Source: a virus
Strand: one strand, 5' to 3'
DNA: 64,000 nt
IMG/VR virus record: IMGVR_UViG_3300020450_000017
Span: 1 to 64,000 of that record
Shown here: positions 9,343 through 18,893 of the stretch, piece after piece
Layout: every line of letters starts with the position of its first letter
Position numbering within the stretch: position 1 is the stretch's first letter
Translations under genes and position numbers: made by a program
The notes under the pieces: model-generated
Database searches by the model: none
What the model was told of the DNA's origin: nothing
The model's input: the letters and a program-made list of their open reading frames with translations, nothing else

Positions 9343-12300
9343 GTATTTTTAAAGAAACATTTAGAGGGTTTGTTAAAAATCAACTTGGTGTTAGAAGACA
9401 AATACAAGCCCAATCCGTTAAAGATAATAACGCTTTAGTATGGCAACAGACTAAACAATGTGTTATAAGGGCTACTTCTTTAGTTGATTATAACCAAGAT
9501 ATAAACATTAGTTTAAATGAAGGATTTGAATCTTTAAATGGTTCACAATTATCTAAAAGATTTGTTTTACAAGGAGGTATAGGATTTAAAGGAGGTATTA
9601 ATGGTGCATATGGAGATCCATTATTAGCTTCCGAAGGAGATAATATTGAAGGCTATGGACAAGTTCCAATGCCTGGAATTACATCTTTAGACATTGAAAC
9701 TAAAACAGCATACGGTTCTTTACGTTCAGCTAAACTTAGTTTTGTAGTCCATAGTTTACGCCAATTAGAAATTATGGAGTTATTATACCTACGTCCTGGT
9801 TACCCTTTAGTAATAGAGTGGGGATGGAGTCCTTATATAGATAATAGTAATTCTATAATTAGTAATCTTCCAACAATAGCTGAAATCTTAGAAACTGATG
9901 GTGTTGATTTATTTTCAAAAAATATTACCCAAAATGATCTCTATAAAGCTATAAATCAATTAAGAATAGACTCTAATGGTAATGCTGATGGATTTTTAGG
10001 GTTTATAAATAATTTTGGTTTTAAAGCTCGCCCAGATGGGGGTTTTGATTGTTATTGTGAAATATCTTCTATGGGGGAATCTTTAGATAGTTTAAAAATA
10101 ATTCCTTTTAAAATCCCTGGTCCTGAAAACCTCCCAGTAGAGTTTGTTGTAGAAGAAACAGATGAAGAAATTAAAAAACCTGATGCTGTAAAAGCTATAA
10201 TATTACTTTTATTAAAATACGCTGAAAAACTAGATACGGACTCGGTAAGTAAACCAGGTTTTTGGAATGATGTAGATAATTCTAGTGACGTAACTGAGGC
10301 CGTTATAAATGACATAAAACAAAACTTTCCGTTACTACAAAAATTTACATCTCCACTAGAAAAACAATTAGCATTAGATAATTTTATTTTACGTAAAGAT
10401 CAAGAAATCCAATCTGCTGCTTTTAATAGCTTTATTAATACCTCTTATATAAGATGGGATTTATTTGCATGGCTTTTATCTGAATATGCTATACCTAAGA
10501 ACGAAAAGGGAGAAGTTACAGTAGAAGTTAATACTGTAAGATTTATACCTGATGGAAATAATCCCCCTAAAGTAGACCCTTTATATTATGTTCAATTTAA
10601 TAATTCAGATAATAAAACCCAATTAGATATAAGCTGTGACCCAGCTATATGTTTATTACCTCATATGTTTGCAGATGAATCTTTAGGAGATACTTTATCA
10701 TCTGAGACCGGTTGGGGAAGATTTTGGGAAGGGGCTTGGGACTTAGTTGAAGGAAGTAACGCTTATCTAGCTAGGGGTTTTAGAACAGCATTTACAGGCG
10801 GTCCTACAAGCACTGTTGCTTTTGATAGTAATGGGGAACAAAACCAAAATTTTATAGGAGGTATCTTTTTGAATATAAGAAATTTGATGAAAGCATATGA
10901 TGCTACTATTAGAGACCAAGAAGATCCGGATTTAGGCAGTTTTATAAAAAAAGTATGGGATGATGTAAATATAGCTTGTCCTATGCATAATTTTATTTTT
11001 AAAGTAGATAATGATTTCCCTAACCAAGCATATATTATAGATTTACCAGTTGATCACCAAGATGTAGCTAATATAGAAGAAATTTTTGAAGTGCCAGTAC
11101 AGGCAAAAGATAGTATAGTTAGAGACTATAATTTAGAAGCTAAAATACCAGACGCTTTAAAGTCTACTATAGCTATTCATGCTCAGGATCCTGGTGATCC
11201 CCAAGATATAGAAGATGTAACCTTTAATGCTTTTAATAGAGCTATAAAAAATAGGTTATTTTATGGAGATTCTAATGACCCCAGTGTTAGAACTACTTTT
11301 GAAAGCCCTTTAGCTAAATTAAAAAGGGATAGACAAGAAAGTATGGTAGCTTTTAATAAATTAAAAAGAACATATTTTGAAACCATTAATGGGGCAGAAA
11401 ATAGTAATATTGAAGATTCTACATCTCAAATAGATGATTTAAAAACTGCTTTAAAAAAAGCTCAAACTAACGTTATGCAAGAGTATAACTTAGAAACTAA
11501 AGAAACTAATGCATCATCAGTAATTCCTTTAGAATTTAGTATGACTTTAGATGGTATTTCTGGCATAGTAATAGGTAATGTATTTAAAATTGATACTACT
11601 AGATTACCTAGAGCATATAGAGGTAATGTAGAAGGTGGTGCTAATATAGGATTTGTAGTATTTGGAGAAAGTCAAAAAATAAACGCAGGACAAGACTGGA
11701 CAACTGATATTAATGGCAAAATGATTATATTACCTGGTGAAAATTATGGAATTGAAAAACCAGATTCTAATAATTTTGATGAAAGCGAACCTATATATTT
11801 TGATGAAGATTTAAGAGGTAATGAGGATTTTGAAATCAGCGATGAACAAACACTTATAGATCCCGGTTTAGATAGTGTATCTGTAGGAGACCAAATTTAC
11901 GTTAAAATAAATGGAGTATTTGATAGTGATGGTAATATTATATTTAATGACTCTAATGGAAATCCACAAGGGTATACTTATATTAGAGAAGAACCTCGCG
12001 TAGATAATGATACTGGTTTCTTTGATTTAGATGATAATATTATAGGTGCTATAAAACCTGGTAATAAAGGTTTATTATTAGGAACTGTAACTGAAATTGC
12101 TAATCAAGGGGTTACTGGAGTTTTAGGAGAAAGAGAAGTAATTTGGTATAAGTTTAACATGGACGAAAATACTTTCTCAAGTGGTGAATATGTAGATGAA
12201 TTTACTAATAAAGGAGCAGGTAAAGGTGATGGAGATTTTATTAGTGATAGCAAAGGAAAACGACAGGGGTGGGTAAGGATAGATGTAGTCCAGACAATAC

Positions 12301-12833
12301 CTGAATCTACACGCTCTACTACTAACCCACCGCCACCACCACCACCAACTAATAGTAATACACCTAATGCTGATAGACTAAGGGCAGCACTTAATCAATT
12401 TGGATACAAAGAAAAGGGAGAAGAACTTTCTAATGGGGGCGATATAACCCCTGAAATGGCAGATTATACTATAGCCGTATTTAGAAAAATAAAACGCAAA
12501 ATGCCCGATTTAAAAATCAGAGCTACTGGAGGTAATGATCAATATCACCAAGGCTTATCTTATCGTAGCCGACATAAAGATGGAAGGGCAGTTGATTTTA
12601 CAATTTCCCCTGCAACTGAAACTAATATAAGAAAAGTAGATAAAATATTACGGGGTTTTTCGGCAGGTGAAAATGATTTAGCACGTTTTATAAATGAATA
12701 CGATGATCCCACTAAAGCAGCAACCGGAAAACATTTCCACATGTCATGGGGTAAAGGAACTGAAGCATCATCAACTATAAGGGAATCTATAGCTCAAGCA
12801 GATAGAGGTGAAATAGAAGAATATAGAATATAA
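9339..12833 (+). CDS. Baseplate hub protein with SH3b-like domain and C-terminal M15-like (LAS) peptidoglycan peptidase
   Basis: PMPGI..., LYLRPGYP..IEWGW hub motifs; YIREEP...WYK...GWVR; Pro linker; SRHKDGRAVD...HFH zinc motif. Confidence 0.7.
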   Translation: MSIFKETFRGFVKNQLGVRRQIQAQSVKDNNALVWQQTKQCVIRATSLVDYNQDINISLNEGFESLNGSQLSKRFVLQGGIGFKGGINGAYGDPLLASEGDNIEGYGQVPMPGITSLDIETKTAYGSLRSAKLSFVVHSLRQLEIMELLYLRPGYPLVIEWGWSPYIDNSNSIISNLPTIAEILETDGVDLFSKNITQNDLYKAINQLRIDSNGNADGFLGFINNFGFKARPDGGFDCYCEISSMGESLDSLKIIPFKIPGPENLPVEFVVEETDEEIKKPDAVKAIILLLLKYAEKLDTDSVSKPGFWNDVDNSSDVTEAVINDIKQNFPLLQKFTSPLEKQLALDNFILRKDQEIQSAAFNSFINTSYIRWDLFAWLLSEYAIPKNEKGEVTVEVNTVRFIPDGNNPPKVDPLYYVQFNNSDNKTQLDISCDPAICLLPHMFADESLGDTLSSETGWGRFWEGAWDLVEGSNAYLARGFRTAFTGGPTSTVAFDSNGEQNQNFIGGIFLNIRNLMKAYDATIRDQEDPDLGSFIKKVWDDVNIACPMHNFIFKVDNDFPNQAYIIDLPVDHQDVANIEEIFEVPVQAKDSIVRDYNLEAKIPDALKSTIAIHAQDPGDPQDIEDVTFNAFNRAIKNRLFYGDSNDPSVRTTFESPLAKLKRDRQESMVAFNKLKRTYFETINGAENSNIEDSTSQIDDLKTALKKAQTNVMQEYNLETKETNASSVIPLEFSMTLDGISGIVIGNVFKIDTTRLPRAYRGNVEGGANIGFVVFGESQKINAGQDWTTDINGKMIILPGENYGIEKPDSNNFDESEPIYFDEDLRGNEDFEISDEQTLIDPGLDSVSVGDQIYVKINGVFDSDGNIIFNDSNGNPQGYTYIREEPRVDNDTGFFDLDDNIIGAIKPGNKGLLLGTVTEIANQGVTGVLGEREVIWYKFNMDENTFSSGEYVDEFTNKGAGKGDGDFISDSKGKRQGWVRIDVVQTIPESTRSTTNPPPPPPPTNSNTPNADRLRAALNQFGYKEKGEELSNGGDITPEMADYTIAVFRKIKRKMPDLKIRATGGNDQYHQGLSYRSRHKDGRAVDFTISPATETNIRKVDKILRGFSAGENDLARFINEYDDPTKAATGKHFHMSWGKGTEASSTIRESIAQADRGEIEEYRI

Positions 12834-13711
12834 TGGCATTTATACCTAAAAATAAAGTTAAATTTTTATCTACCAAAGGGAAAGAACTATATAACCCTAA
12901 AACCCAAAAAGAATACATTGGGGATTATATACAGTATGGAACTAAATTTTTTAAAGGAAATAACATAGCTAATTTAGGTGATGAATTAAAACTTATAGAT
13001 CAAGTATCTAAAAACTTAGATGCTTCTAAAACAAGTCAAATATACCACGTTTTAAATAAACCTTATTATAATAAAGCTAAACAACGAAAGCAACCACCTA
13101 ATAATAAACCTACACCAACAGAAGAAGATTATACTAAAGGCTATTTTTATAGGTACTTTGCAAAGAGAAAAAATTCCCCTACTAGCTTATACGAAATTAA
13201 TAAAACTGTTTATAAAGAATTAATTCAAGGGAAATATAATAATACATTATATTTGCCCGGTAGAATCCTATGGTCCTTAGAAGATGAAACAATAAATAAT
13301 GTTAATATATTAAAAGCCGAAAAAAATTATCCAGGAATAGGATATTTATTTGGTAATATTTTAGAATATATTTTCTTTGCTAGAGATATGGAAGCAGGAA
13401 CAGATTCAGGAACTGAAAATCTTATCGCTCAAGAAGGTGAATTAGTATACCTTGATGGTACTCCTTTTCCCGCGGGAGAAAAATACCATATTCATCCTAA
13501 TAAAGGACCTATGGAAGGGGGTAAACACATTTCAGAACCCCATTCTCGTTTAAGATACACAAATCCAGGATCTTCAATACAACCAACATCTAATGTAACA
13601 CCTCAATCACCTCAACCTAGTATGAGCACATATTCTCCAACTACACCACAGGTTAATATTAGTTCATCACCTAATTTAGGAGGAGGAGGTGGAGGAGGTG
13701 GCTCTTACTAA
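12833..13711 (+). CDS. Probable virion/baseplate protein
   Basis: End of tail operon; PTEEDY.KG.F.RYF and YHIHP.KGPM.G..H motifs; low-complexity tail. Confidence 0.5.
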   Translation: MAFIPKNKVKFLSTKGKELYNPKTQKEYIGDYIQYGTKFFKGNNIANLGDELKLIDQVSKNLDASKTSQIYHVLNKPYYNKAKQRKQPPNNKPTPTEEDYTKGYFYRYFAKRKNSPTSLYEINKTVYKELIQGKYNNTLYLPGRILWSLEDETINNVNILKAEKNYPGIGYLFGNILEYIFFARDMEAGTDSGTENLIAQEGELVYLDGTPFPAGEKYHIHPNKGPMEGGKHISEPHSRLRYTNPGSSIQPTSNVTPQSPQPSMSTYSPTTPQVNISSSPNLGGGGGGGGSY

Positions 13712-13732
13712 ATTTGTTTGTATATTTAAGGT

Positions 13733-15058
13733 ATGTACTACCTTATAGAAACGCAAGATCAATTAAAAAGATTTTTTAGTGATGAGGGTAGTGAATGCTA
13801 CCTACAATTTATTACTAATAATGATAATGTACACCCTAAATTACAATCGTTAAGTGCCCTTTATATCTATTCGTTTAGTAAGGAGAAAGGATTTATTATT
13901 AATTTAAACCATCCTGAGGCATTTGAGCTTGAATTACCAATAAGTTATTTAAAATCTTATACAAACATATTTGTAAAAGAAAAAATAAAAAGCTTACTAT
14001 ACATCCCTACACTTCCTTATACGGATATACAAAGTATATACTACTTACTAAAAAATGAACCACTAGAGGGATTACCTAAAACGGGCACTCACACGTTCTA
14101 TGAGCGCAAATATGGCGCGAATAACGTGAATAAAATCATTCCACTTGCAAAACACTATGAGGCGTTGGAGGAGGAATTTAATGCGATTTACCCGTATATA
14201 CTTAATTATAAGAGTGAGGAATCAAATAGGTGGTATAACGAAATATTAACTCCTACATTAGCAAAAATGGTAAGTGAGGGCTTTAAAACTAATAAGGAGT
14301 TTAAAAAACACTTTGACATAAATGAGAAATTTAGCATTAATGAAAATAAGATTTACGGATGGTATAATTTTTGCACAACAACAGGACGCCCTACAAACAA
14401 CTTTAATAGCGTTAATTTCTCAGCTTTAAAACACGATACAGGTGAGCGAGATGGCTTTGAAGCAGATAATGATTTACTAATTGAAATGGATTTTGAGGGT
14501 TACCACCCACGAATTATAGCGCGTTTATCAGGAGGTAAATTAGATAAAAGCGAATCAGTTCATATACAAATGGCAAAAATGTATTTTGATACTGAAGAGG
14601 TAGATGCTAAAATGTATAAGCAAAGTAAGGAACTAACATTCCAACAAATGTATGGTGGGATAAATCGTAAATATCTTAAATACGAATATTTTAATAAAGC
14701 ACAACAATTTATAAACACATTATGGAGTGAGTTTAACACTAAAGGTTATGTTAAAACTGTAATTGCGAGACGCAAGCTTTTAAAAAGCAATTATAAAAAC
14801 ATGACACCTCAAAAACTATTTAATTATTATATCCAAGCATTTGAAACGGAGTATAATTTTACAATGTTATCTAGATTATTTAAGTTACTTGAGGGTAAAA
14901 AAAGTAAGATAATCTTATATGTGTATGACTCTATACTAATAGATTTTGCGGTCGAAGATGGTAAAGAAACACTTCAATCAATTAGGTCAATAGTTTCGTC
15001 TGATTTTCCAATTAAAATTAAAAAAGGATATATATACTCTTCTTTGAAGGACATTTGA
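13733..15058 (+). CDS. Divergent family A DNA polymerase-like protein
   Basis: TTGRP, motif A DFEGYHPR, motif B K.LTFQQMYGG, NY.IQ, motif C VYDS. Confidence 0.8.
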   Translation: MYYLIETQDQLKRFFSDEGSECYLQFITNNDNVHPKLQSLSALYIYSFSKEKGFIINLNHPEAFELELPISYLKSYTNIFVKEKIKSLLYIPTLPYTDIQSIYYLLKNEPLEGLPKTGTHTFYERKYGANNVNKIIPLAKHYEALEEEFNAIYPYILNYKSEESNRWYNEILTPTLAKMVSEGFKTNKEFKKHFDINEKFSINENKIYGWYNFCTTTGRPTNNFNSVNFSALKHDTGERDGFEADNDLLIEMDFEGYHPRIIARLSGGKLDKSESVHIQMAKMYFDTEEVDAKMYKQSKELTFQQMYGGINRKYLKYEYFNKAQQFINTLWSEFNTKGYVKTVIARRKLLKSNYKNMTPQKLFNYYIQAFETEYNFTMLSRLFKLLEGKKSKIILYVYDSILIDFAVEDGKETLQSIRSIVSSDFPIKIKKGYIYSSLKDI

Positions 15059-15091
15059 TATTTATTACAGAATAACACAATATATACTCAA

Positions 15092-15481
15092 ATGAACAAT
15101 AAACTTTATTGCACCTTTCTGCAAGATGAAGGGGTAAATGAAGTTGTAGAAAGAATTTTAGAGGAGCACGATATATTATTTAATAAGATTTTTGTTCTAG
15201 TTGCATTAGATGACAATAAAACAATGTTAACCTATAATATAGACGGACCAGTCTACAACCTACAATTGCCAAATACAATTCTTGTACATAGGAAAAAACA
15301 AACTAATACATTATACACTATAAATGCTTTAAATGAAGTAATAAGATACTTAAATAATGGTGTTTTAGATACTACGTATCAGGTGGATTGGACACGGTTT
15401 CGAAATTGCTTATTATTAACACGTCCTGGTGGATTTAAAAAGGTAAAAACACGTTTAAAAACTATAATTGAAGTAGAATGA
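15092..15481 (+). CDS. Hypothetical phage protein
   Basis: 129-aa ORF (LYCTF...HRKKQTNTLYTINALN) preceded by TATTTATT. Confidence 0.7.
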   Translation: MNNKLYCTFLQDEGVNEVVERILEEHDILFNKIFVLVALDDNKTMLTYNIDGPVYNLQLPNTILVHRKKQTNTLYTINALNEVIRYLNNGVLDTTYQVDWTRFRNCLLLTRPGGFKKVKTRLKTIIEVE

Positions 15482-16032
15482 AACTAAAAAAATTACTCAA
15501 CGAAGCTATAGATGATGCAGGGGTAAAAGAATGCCCTACAGCAACACAAGATTTACGTGTTAATACACTTAATCGTGATAGAGCTATTACTACACCCTTT
15601 ATTATGTATGGTCCCTTAAATGTTGAGGAACCAGGTGATTATTGGGAAAAAATAGCTAAAAAATGGGGAACTACAGAAAAAGCAGCATTTAAATCTAGAT
15701 GTGCTAATTGTGTTGCCTTTGATATTTCTCCACGAATGTTAGATTGTATACCTGGTTCTGTTTCCGAACCTGTAGAAGAACCCGGGGCTCAAAAAGATAT
15801 AGAAAAAGCTTTTTCTGATAGACCAGTAGTTGGTGAACTTGTTAAAAAGGGTGTATTAGGTTACTGTTGGATGCACCAATTTAAATGCCACTCAGCACGT
15901 GCCTGTAATACATGGGCTGCAGGTGGTCCTATAAATAAAGACGAAAATTCGTATGATTGGCAAAGGCGTAATTTAAAGGCTGCACTAAATCCCGATCCTA
16001 TACAATCTGAAGAAGAAGTATATGCTGAATAA
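15478..16032 (+). CDS. Cys-rich protein with HiPIP-like CxxC...C...CxxW pattern
   Basis: RCANCVAF...GYCWMHQFKCHSARACNTW. Confidence 0.55.
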   Translation: MKLKKLLNEAIDDAGVKECPTATQDLRVNTLNRDRAITTPFIMYGPLNVEEPGDYWEKIAKKWGTTEKAAFKSRCANCVAFDISPRMLDCIPGSVSEPVEEPGAQKDIEKAFSDRPVVGELVKKGVLGYCWMHQFKCHSARACNTWAAGGPINKDENSYDWQRRNLKAALNPDPIQSEEEVYAE

Positions 16033-16049
16033 TTTAAAGAAAAAAGGTT

Positions 16050-16928
16050 ATGTTATTATTAGATACGGTAGGCAATACTCCCCTACTAAAATTTGAGTTC
16101 CCAAATGGTACTCTATGGGGTAAAGCAGAGTTTTTAAACCCAGGAGGATCAGTAAAAGATAGACCTGTAGCATGGATACTTAAAGAAGCTATTCGTACTA
16201 AAAAACTTAAACCTGGAGATACTATAGTTGAAGCTACCTCGGGTAATATGGGTATTTCATTAGCAATGTTTAGTGCTAATTTAGGTTTTAAATGTGTTAT
16301 AGTAATGCCCTCTAATATGAGTAACGAACGTAAAGTTATGTTAAAATCATTTGGTGCTGAGTTAATAGAGGTACCTGCTGGTGACTTTGATGCTGCTATC
16401 TTACTAAGAAATAAATTAGCCAAAGATAATGGTTGGTTTAATTTTAACCAATTCCATAACCCGCTCAATATAGAATCACATTGGTATACTACGGGAATGG
16501 AGATATGCAGAGATATTCCATTTGGCACTTGTGTAGATGCATTTGTTGCTGGAACAGGAACAGGAGGGACAATAATGGGTGCGGGTAAATTTATCCAAAA
16601 CCAGTTTCCTATATGTAAATTAATAGCTTTAGAACCAGCCGAATCACCTGTTATGTCTGGTGGTGAGCCTGGTTTACATGGTATTCAGGGTATTGGTGAT
16701 GGTAGTAAGTTTTTAGTTGATTTAAATGATATCAATCGTATTGAAATAGTACCTACTGAAGAATCAGTTGAAAAATCTAAATCATTAGCTAAAGACTATG
16801 GCTTATTTGTAGGTTTTTCTGCAGCTGCTAATTTTTTAGTTGCAGAAAGGTTAATTGAAGAAGGGTATGCTAAAAATGTAGTTACTATCCTTTGTGATAG
16901 GGGAGAAAGATATTTTAGTTGTTTGTAA
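16050..16928 (+). CDS. cysK: Cysteine synthase (PLP-dependent, CysK/CysM family)
   Basis: GNTPL, KAEFLNPGGSVKDR, EATSGNMG, GTGTGGT, HGIQGIG, DRGERY. Confidence 0.93.
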   Translation: MLLLDTVGNTPLLKFEFPNGTLWGKAEFLNPGGSVKDRPVAWILKEAIRTKKLKPGDTIVEATSGNMGISLAMFSANLGFKCVIVMPSNMSNERKVMLKSFGAELIEVPAGDFDAAILLRNKLAKDNGWFNFNQFHNPLNIESHWYTTGMEICRDIPFGTCVDAFVAGTGTGGTIMGAGKFIQNQFPICKLIALEPAESPVMSGGEPGLHGIQGIGDGSKFLVDLNDINRIEIVPTEESVEKSKSLAKDYGLFVGFSAAANFLVAERLIEEGYAKNVVTILCDRGERYFSCL

Positions 16929-16944
16929 AGGCCCGCTGGTAGAA

Positions 16945-16976
16945 TTTGGATTCCCTGACCTAAGGTATTATATTTA
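16945..16976 (+). promoter_or_regulatory. Bacteroidota-type -33/-7 promoter for replication operon
   Basis: TTTG-N20-TATATTTA, versus Bacteroidota consensus TTTG-N19-21-TAnnTTTG. Confidence 0.65.
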
Positions 16977-16993
16977 CCCAAAATTAAAAGGTC

Positions 16994-17746
16994 ATGAATC
17001 TAGATGAAATTAGAAAGCGCATGGACCGCTTGCAAAATAAGTCCAACGGCAAGTCAAAATCAGACTATAAAGCCAACTTTTGGAAACCACCTAGCGGTGA
17101 GAAATCAGTTATTCGTATTGTGCCCTATAAGCACAATAAAGAAATACCATTTACTGAATTGTATTTCTACTTCGGTATAGACAAACCTAGAATGATGTCA
17201 CTCTCAAATTTTGATGAGTCTGACCCGATTTTGGAGTTTGCATCACAATTACGTAAGTCTAATGACCCAGACAATATGGCATTAGCAAAGAAACTTTATC
17301 CTAAAATGCGTACGTTCGCACCTGTAATTGTTAGAGGTGAGGAAGATAAAGGTGTACGTTTTTGGGAATTTGGTAAGATGGTTTACCAAGAACTCCTTGG
17401 AGTTATGATGGATGAAGATTATGGTGACATTACTGACATTGCTCAGGGACGGGATGTTACCGTAGAAGTTATTCCGGCAGCAGAAACTGGTAAAATGTAC
17501 GACACAACTACTGTTCGTGTTAAGCCAGTTCAGACCCCACTTTCAGATAGTGCCGAAACAGTTGAATCATTCCTTGAAAACCAAAAGAATGTTATTGATT
17601 TATTCAATAAGTACTCATTTGATGAAATGAAGGAATCACTTCAAAAGTACTTAGCACCAAGTGAAGAACAGGAAACGGTAGAGGCAACGTCACCTGTAAA
17701 AGAAAAAGTTGACCTCGATTCTAAAATAGACGATTTATTCGGTTAA
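16994..17746 (+). CDS. Single-stranded DNA-binding protein (gp32-like)
   Basis: FWKP...IRIVP, V.VRGEE..GV.FW.FGK, D.D.TD...GRD; acidic tail ending DDLFG. Confidence 0.85.
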   Translation: MNLDEIRKRMDRLQNKSNGKSKSDYKANFWKPPSGEKSVIRIVPYKHNKEIPFTELYFYFGIDKPRMMSLSNFDESDPILEFASQLRKSNDPDNMALAKKLYPKMRTFAPVIVRGEEDKGVRFWEFGKMVYQELLGVMMDEDYGDITDIAQGRDVTVEVIPAAETGKMYDTTTVRVKPVQTPLSDSAETVESFLENQKNVIDLFNKYSFDEMKESLQKYLAPSEEQETVEATSPVKEKVDLDSKIDDLFG

Positions 17747-17747
17747 T

Positions 17748-18893
17748 ATGGCTAAAAAATCCAACAATAAAGCCCTGGATGGGGGAAGTCTTACTGACGA
17801 ACTAGCAATTTCGCTAAATAAAAAGTTCAGTAAAGAATATAATAAAGTTGCTTACTTCCTCAACGGCGGGGATGAATCACCAACAGATGTTACATCTTGG
17901 GTATCTACTGGATGTACACCACTCGACTTGGCGATCTCTAACAGACCAAATGGGGGTTTGCCTGTTAGTAAAATTGTTGAGATTACGGGCCTAGAGCAAA
18001 GCGGTAAATCCCTCCTAGCAGCTCACGTAATTGCTTCTACACAAAAGCAAGACGGTGTGGCAATATACATTGATACTGAATCAGCACTAGATGCACAGTT
18101 CTTAACCGCCATAGGAGTTGATGTTGATAAAATGCTTTACATCCCACTTGATACAATTGAGGATGTTTTTGAAGCAATGGAAGACATCATCGTAAAAATT
18201 CGCGAAAAGAACAAAGATAAACTAGTGACTATTGTAGTAGACTCTGTAGCCGCCGCAACCACGAAAATTGAGTCTGCAGCCGACTACGACAAAGATGGTT
18301 ATGCTACTGCTAAAGCAATCATCATGTCTAAATCAATGCGCAAAATTACTAATTTAATAGGTAAGCAAAAGATCCTGTGTGTATTTACTAATCAGTTACG
18401 TCAAAAACTAAACGCGATGCCGTTTGGAGATCAATATACAACATCAGGAGGTAAAGCGCTCCAATTCCACGCTTCAGTTCGCTTGCGACTCAAAGGAGTA
18501 GGCAAGATTAAAGAGAAAGTTAATGGTGTGGATGAAGTAGTTGGACAGGAAGTTGAATGCGTGGTTGTTAAAAACCGCCTAGGCCCACCTAACCGAAAAG
18601 TTCGTTATAACGTCTTTTACGATTCCGGGATTGATGACATTTATGGTACCTTAAAGTTGCTTAAAGAATACAAAATTGTTAAGCAAGGGGGAGCATGGTA
18701 TAAATACACCACAGCAGATGGAGAAACCCATCAGTTCTTAGCTAAAGAATTTGGAGATTTATTAGAAAGCCACCCCACAGCTAAAGAAGAATTGTATGAA
18801 GCCCTTTGTGAGAAATACATTATGAAGTATCGTCACGAAAAGGAGGATGGTCTAGATCGTGACCCCGAAGAAACCATAACTGAGAATGAGTAA
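17748..18893 (+). CDS. recA: RecA/UvsX recombinase
   Basis: STG...LD.A, GLEQSGKS Walker A, YIDTE, VVDSVAA, NQLR, GG.AL.F.ASVR, KNR..PP. Confidence 0.95.
   Translation: MAKKSNNKALDGGSLTDELAISLNKKFSKEYNKVAYFLNGGDESPTDVTSWVSTGCTPLDLAISNRPNGGLPVSKIVEITGLEQSGKSLLAAHVIASTQKQDGVAIYIDTESALDAQFLTAIGVDVDKMLYIPLDTIEDVFEAMEDIIVKIREKNKDKLVTIVVDSVAAATTKIESAADYDKDGYATAKAIIMSKSMRKITNLIGKQKILCVFTNQLRQKLNAMPFGDQYTTSGGKALQFHASVRLRLKGVGKIKEKVNGVDEVVGQEVECVVVKNRLGPPNRKVRYNVFYDSGIDDIYGTLKLLKEYKIVKQGGAWYKYTTADGETHQFLAKEFGDLLESHPTAKEELYEALCEKYIMKYRHEKEDGLDRDPEETITENE

Noticed and set aside
13679-13703. GGA repeat resembling multiple Shine-Dalgarno sites
   Set aside because: Encodes the poly-Gly tail of 12833-13711 and is about 30 nt from the next start
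1-13711. Bacterial contractile injection system or tailocin
   Set aside because: Contiguous with a full phage replisome and auxiliary genes; no bacterial housekeeping context
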